Of a stretch of 18,738 nt of DNA, positions 16,831 through 18,738 are shown piece by piece (within the stretch, counting starts at the first letter, position 1; each line of letters opens with the position of its first letter). The notes under the pieces were generated by a model. It made no database searches. It was not told the DNA's origin and saw nothing but the letters and a program-made list of their open reading frames with translations. The stretch is from an uncultured delta proteobacterium. Its GTDB lineage: Bacteria > Desulfobacterota > WTBG01 > CAIYCZ01 > CAIRTM01. The position numbers were made by a program, and so were the translations under genes. Location of the stretch: the NCBI GenBank assembly GCA_963804955.1, contig CAWDSQ010000012.1, forward strand, positions 1-18,738, read 5' to 3'.

Positions 16831-17930
16831 TAAAAGTCTGGGATTACCTTCAGGAATATGAAGACGAAAAGAATGAAATCAAAGAGGCTATTGAAGCAGT
16901 TTTGACCTCCGGCTGGCTGATTCTCGGGCAGCAGGTAAAGCAGTTTGAAAGCTCCTTTGCCGCATATTGCGGCGTATCCTACGGGGTAGGGGTCAATTCC
17001 GGAACCGATGCGCTGTTCCTTGCTCTGAAAGCAATCGGTGTCGGCAGTGGCGATGAGGTTATTACGGTATCCAACACGGCCGTCCCGACAGTGTCTGCAA
17101 TTGTATCTACAGGCGCTGTTCCCCGCTTTGTTGATATTGATCCGCGGACATACCTGATGGATACTGATTTACTGGAACAGGCAATAACGAAAAAGACCAA
17201 ATGTATCCTCCCCGTCCACCTGTATGGCCAGTGCGTCAACATGGAAAAGCTCACCGCGCTGGCTGAAAAACACGGCATACCTGTTCTGGAAGACTGTGCC
17301 CAGAGCCACGGGGCAGAGTATAAGGGGAAGCGCGCAGGCGGGATGTCAGCACTTGCTGCATTTTCCTTCTATCCGACAAAAATTCTGGGCGGCTACGGTG
17401 ATGGCGGCATGGTTGTAACCAACGATGAGAGCATATACAAAAAGCTTCTGCGCCTGAGATTTTACGGCATGGAAAAGACCTACTATGCGCTTGAACACGG
17501 GTATAATTCGCGGCTTGATGAACTGCATGCCGCCATTCTTTTAAAGAAGCTTGCTCACTTGAATGACTATATCAATCGCCGAAGAGCAATCGCGGCCCTC
17601 TATGATGACATGCTTGCAGATACGTCTCTGACATTGCCTTATCGGGATCCCGACGGCATGCATGCTTTTTATTTGTATGTCTGCCGCCATGCAAAGCGCG
17701 ATGCCATCATTGCGAAACTTGCGGAGAACAGCATATCGGTAAATGTCAGCTACCCCTGGCCCATTCACACTATGGAGGGCTATCGGTCTCTTGGCTACGC
17801 AGCGGGCGATTTCCCCCATACTGAAGCAGCTGCCAATGAAATATTTTCTCTGCCCATGTATCCCGGCCTTGATGAACCGACTCAGTTGCAGGTCATAGAC
17901 CATCTTAAAAGGATACTGAAGCATTTGTGA
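16827..17930 (+). CDS. DegT/DnrJ/EryC1/StrS sugar aminotransferase, EvaB/DnrJ-like (C3 transaminase)
   Basis: VWDYLQEYE N-terminus, NSGTDAL, PVHLYGQ, EDCAQSHGA, FSFYPTKILGGYGDGG (PLP lysine), GYNSRLDELHAA; ATGA overlap with the previous gene. Confidence 0.93.
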   Translation: MIKVWDYLQEYEDEKNEIKEAIEAVLTSGWLILGQQVKQFESSFAAYCGVSYGVGVNSGTDALFLALKAIGVGSGDEVITVSNTAVPTVSAIVSTGAVPRFVDIDPRTYLMDTDLLEQAITKKTKCILPVHLYGQCVNMEKLTALAEKHGIPVLEDCAQSHGAEYKGKRAGGMSALAAFSFYPTKILGGYGDGGMVVTNDESIYKKLLRLRFYGMEKTYYALEHGYNSRLDELHAAILLKKLAHLNDYINRRRAIAALYDDMLADTSLTLPYRDPDGMHAFYLYVCRHAKRDAIIAKLAENSISVNVSYPWPIHTMEGYRSLGYAAGDFPHTEAAANEIFSLPMYPGLDEPTQLQVIDHLKRILKHL

Positions 17931-18086
17931 AAGCCTGTTTTAAAATTTGCTATACCCGGGTTAAGAAATTAAAGGGTTTCTTATAATGGAAAATGAATAT
18001 TGATGTCGAAAAGGTAAAATAACTTCAATAGGCGTCTATATACAATAACTATCATTTTTACTGATTTTTCAAGCTTGCAAAACCCT

Positions 18087-18738
18087 ATGGTTTCAAAAAA
18101 CCATCATTATCTCGTTGCCCTTTCCATTATCTGCTGTATTGGATTTGCCTTCCGTATATATAATATAAATGTTTCTTTGTGGTGCGATGAAATGATGCAG
18201 GCAACAGCTGCATCTGCAGAATGGAAAGATCTATTTTATTTAATCGCAAATCATAGCTCGCCGCCGCTGGACTATGCACTAATGAAAACTGTCATTCTTT
18301 GTTTCGGCAAGGCGACTGGGTTCTCAGAATGCCTGCTTTCTTGTTCGGGGTTGCTTCTATACCGGTTTTTTATTATTTTTCCCGAACATTAGTAGAGCAA
18401 AAAACAGCATTGGTTGCAGCAGCCCTATTGGCGCTTTCACCTATTGCACTATACTATTCGCAAGAAGCCCGGATGTACTCGCTTTTTTTATTCCTCTCAT
18501 TGATAAGCTTTATTGCAGCTTTAAGGTTAGCCGAAAAAAACAGTTTTACGTATAGCCTTGTATTGGGGGCTGTAAACGGATGCCTTCTTCTCATTCATTA
18601 TTTTGGGATCTTTGTGATCGCTTATGAAACGATTTTTTTAATGTCAGTTGCGCTGTGCGCTGTAGAGAAAAAAAGACGCATCGAACTGTTGGCGGTTAGC
18701 CTGATTATTTCTTTTTTCTTTTTCTTGCCGTGGCTTCC
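18087..18738 (+). CDS. GT-C fold polytopic membrane glycosyltransferase (PMT_2/ArnT-like, GT39/GT83); runs off the window end; one -1 indel at ~18312
   Basis: TM1, then R....SLWCDE, PPLDY..., FG..DWVLRMPAFLFG, ALLALSP...YYSQEARMYSL, HYFG, FLPWL. Confidence 0.85.

Noticed and set aside
1..18738. CRISPR array, integrase, transposase or phage genes
   Set aside because: No regularly spaced repeats and no such ORFs seen

Overview
Bacterial chromosomal window, probably an anaerobic deltaproteobacterium (Desulfobacterota-like). This is inferred from the c-type cytochrome, sigma54 architecture, PilZ, tRNA-Arg(UCG) and MobB-MobA fusion. From left to right: a sigma54-type promoter ahead of a secreted ~759-aa protein (triheme c / 7-blade Kelch / helical domain / PKD / cytochrome c); a PpiC/SurA-like lipoprotein; PilZ; tRNA-Arg(TCG) with att-like signals; nadE; a secreted DUF1573-like protein with an in-frame TGA in a U-G-C-T motif (candidate selenoprotein); TetR plus a SAM-methyltransferase-like gene sharing an operator; hisC; a MobB-MobA fusion; GNAT; and a lower-GC glycosylation locus. 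That locus combines a GtrB/ArnC-like GT2, an FdtA-like isomerase, NDP-hexose 2,3-dehydratase, a ketoreductase, an EvaB/DnrJ-like aminotransferase and a GT-C transferase. Nine single-base indels break five genes, including hisC, and are most likely sequencing/assembly errors, so several track ORFs are fragments or false fusions. Best leads: the UxC selenoprotein, the multiheme-Kelch-PKD cytochrome, and antibiotic-type 2-deoxy(amino)sugar genes coupled to lipid-linked glycosylation. All family calls are motif recognition by eye; no searches were run.
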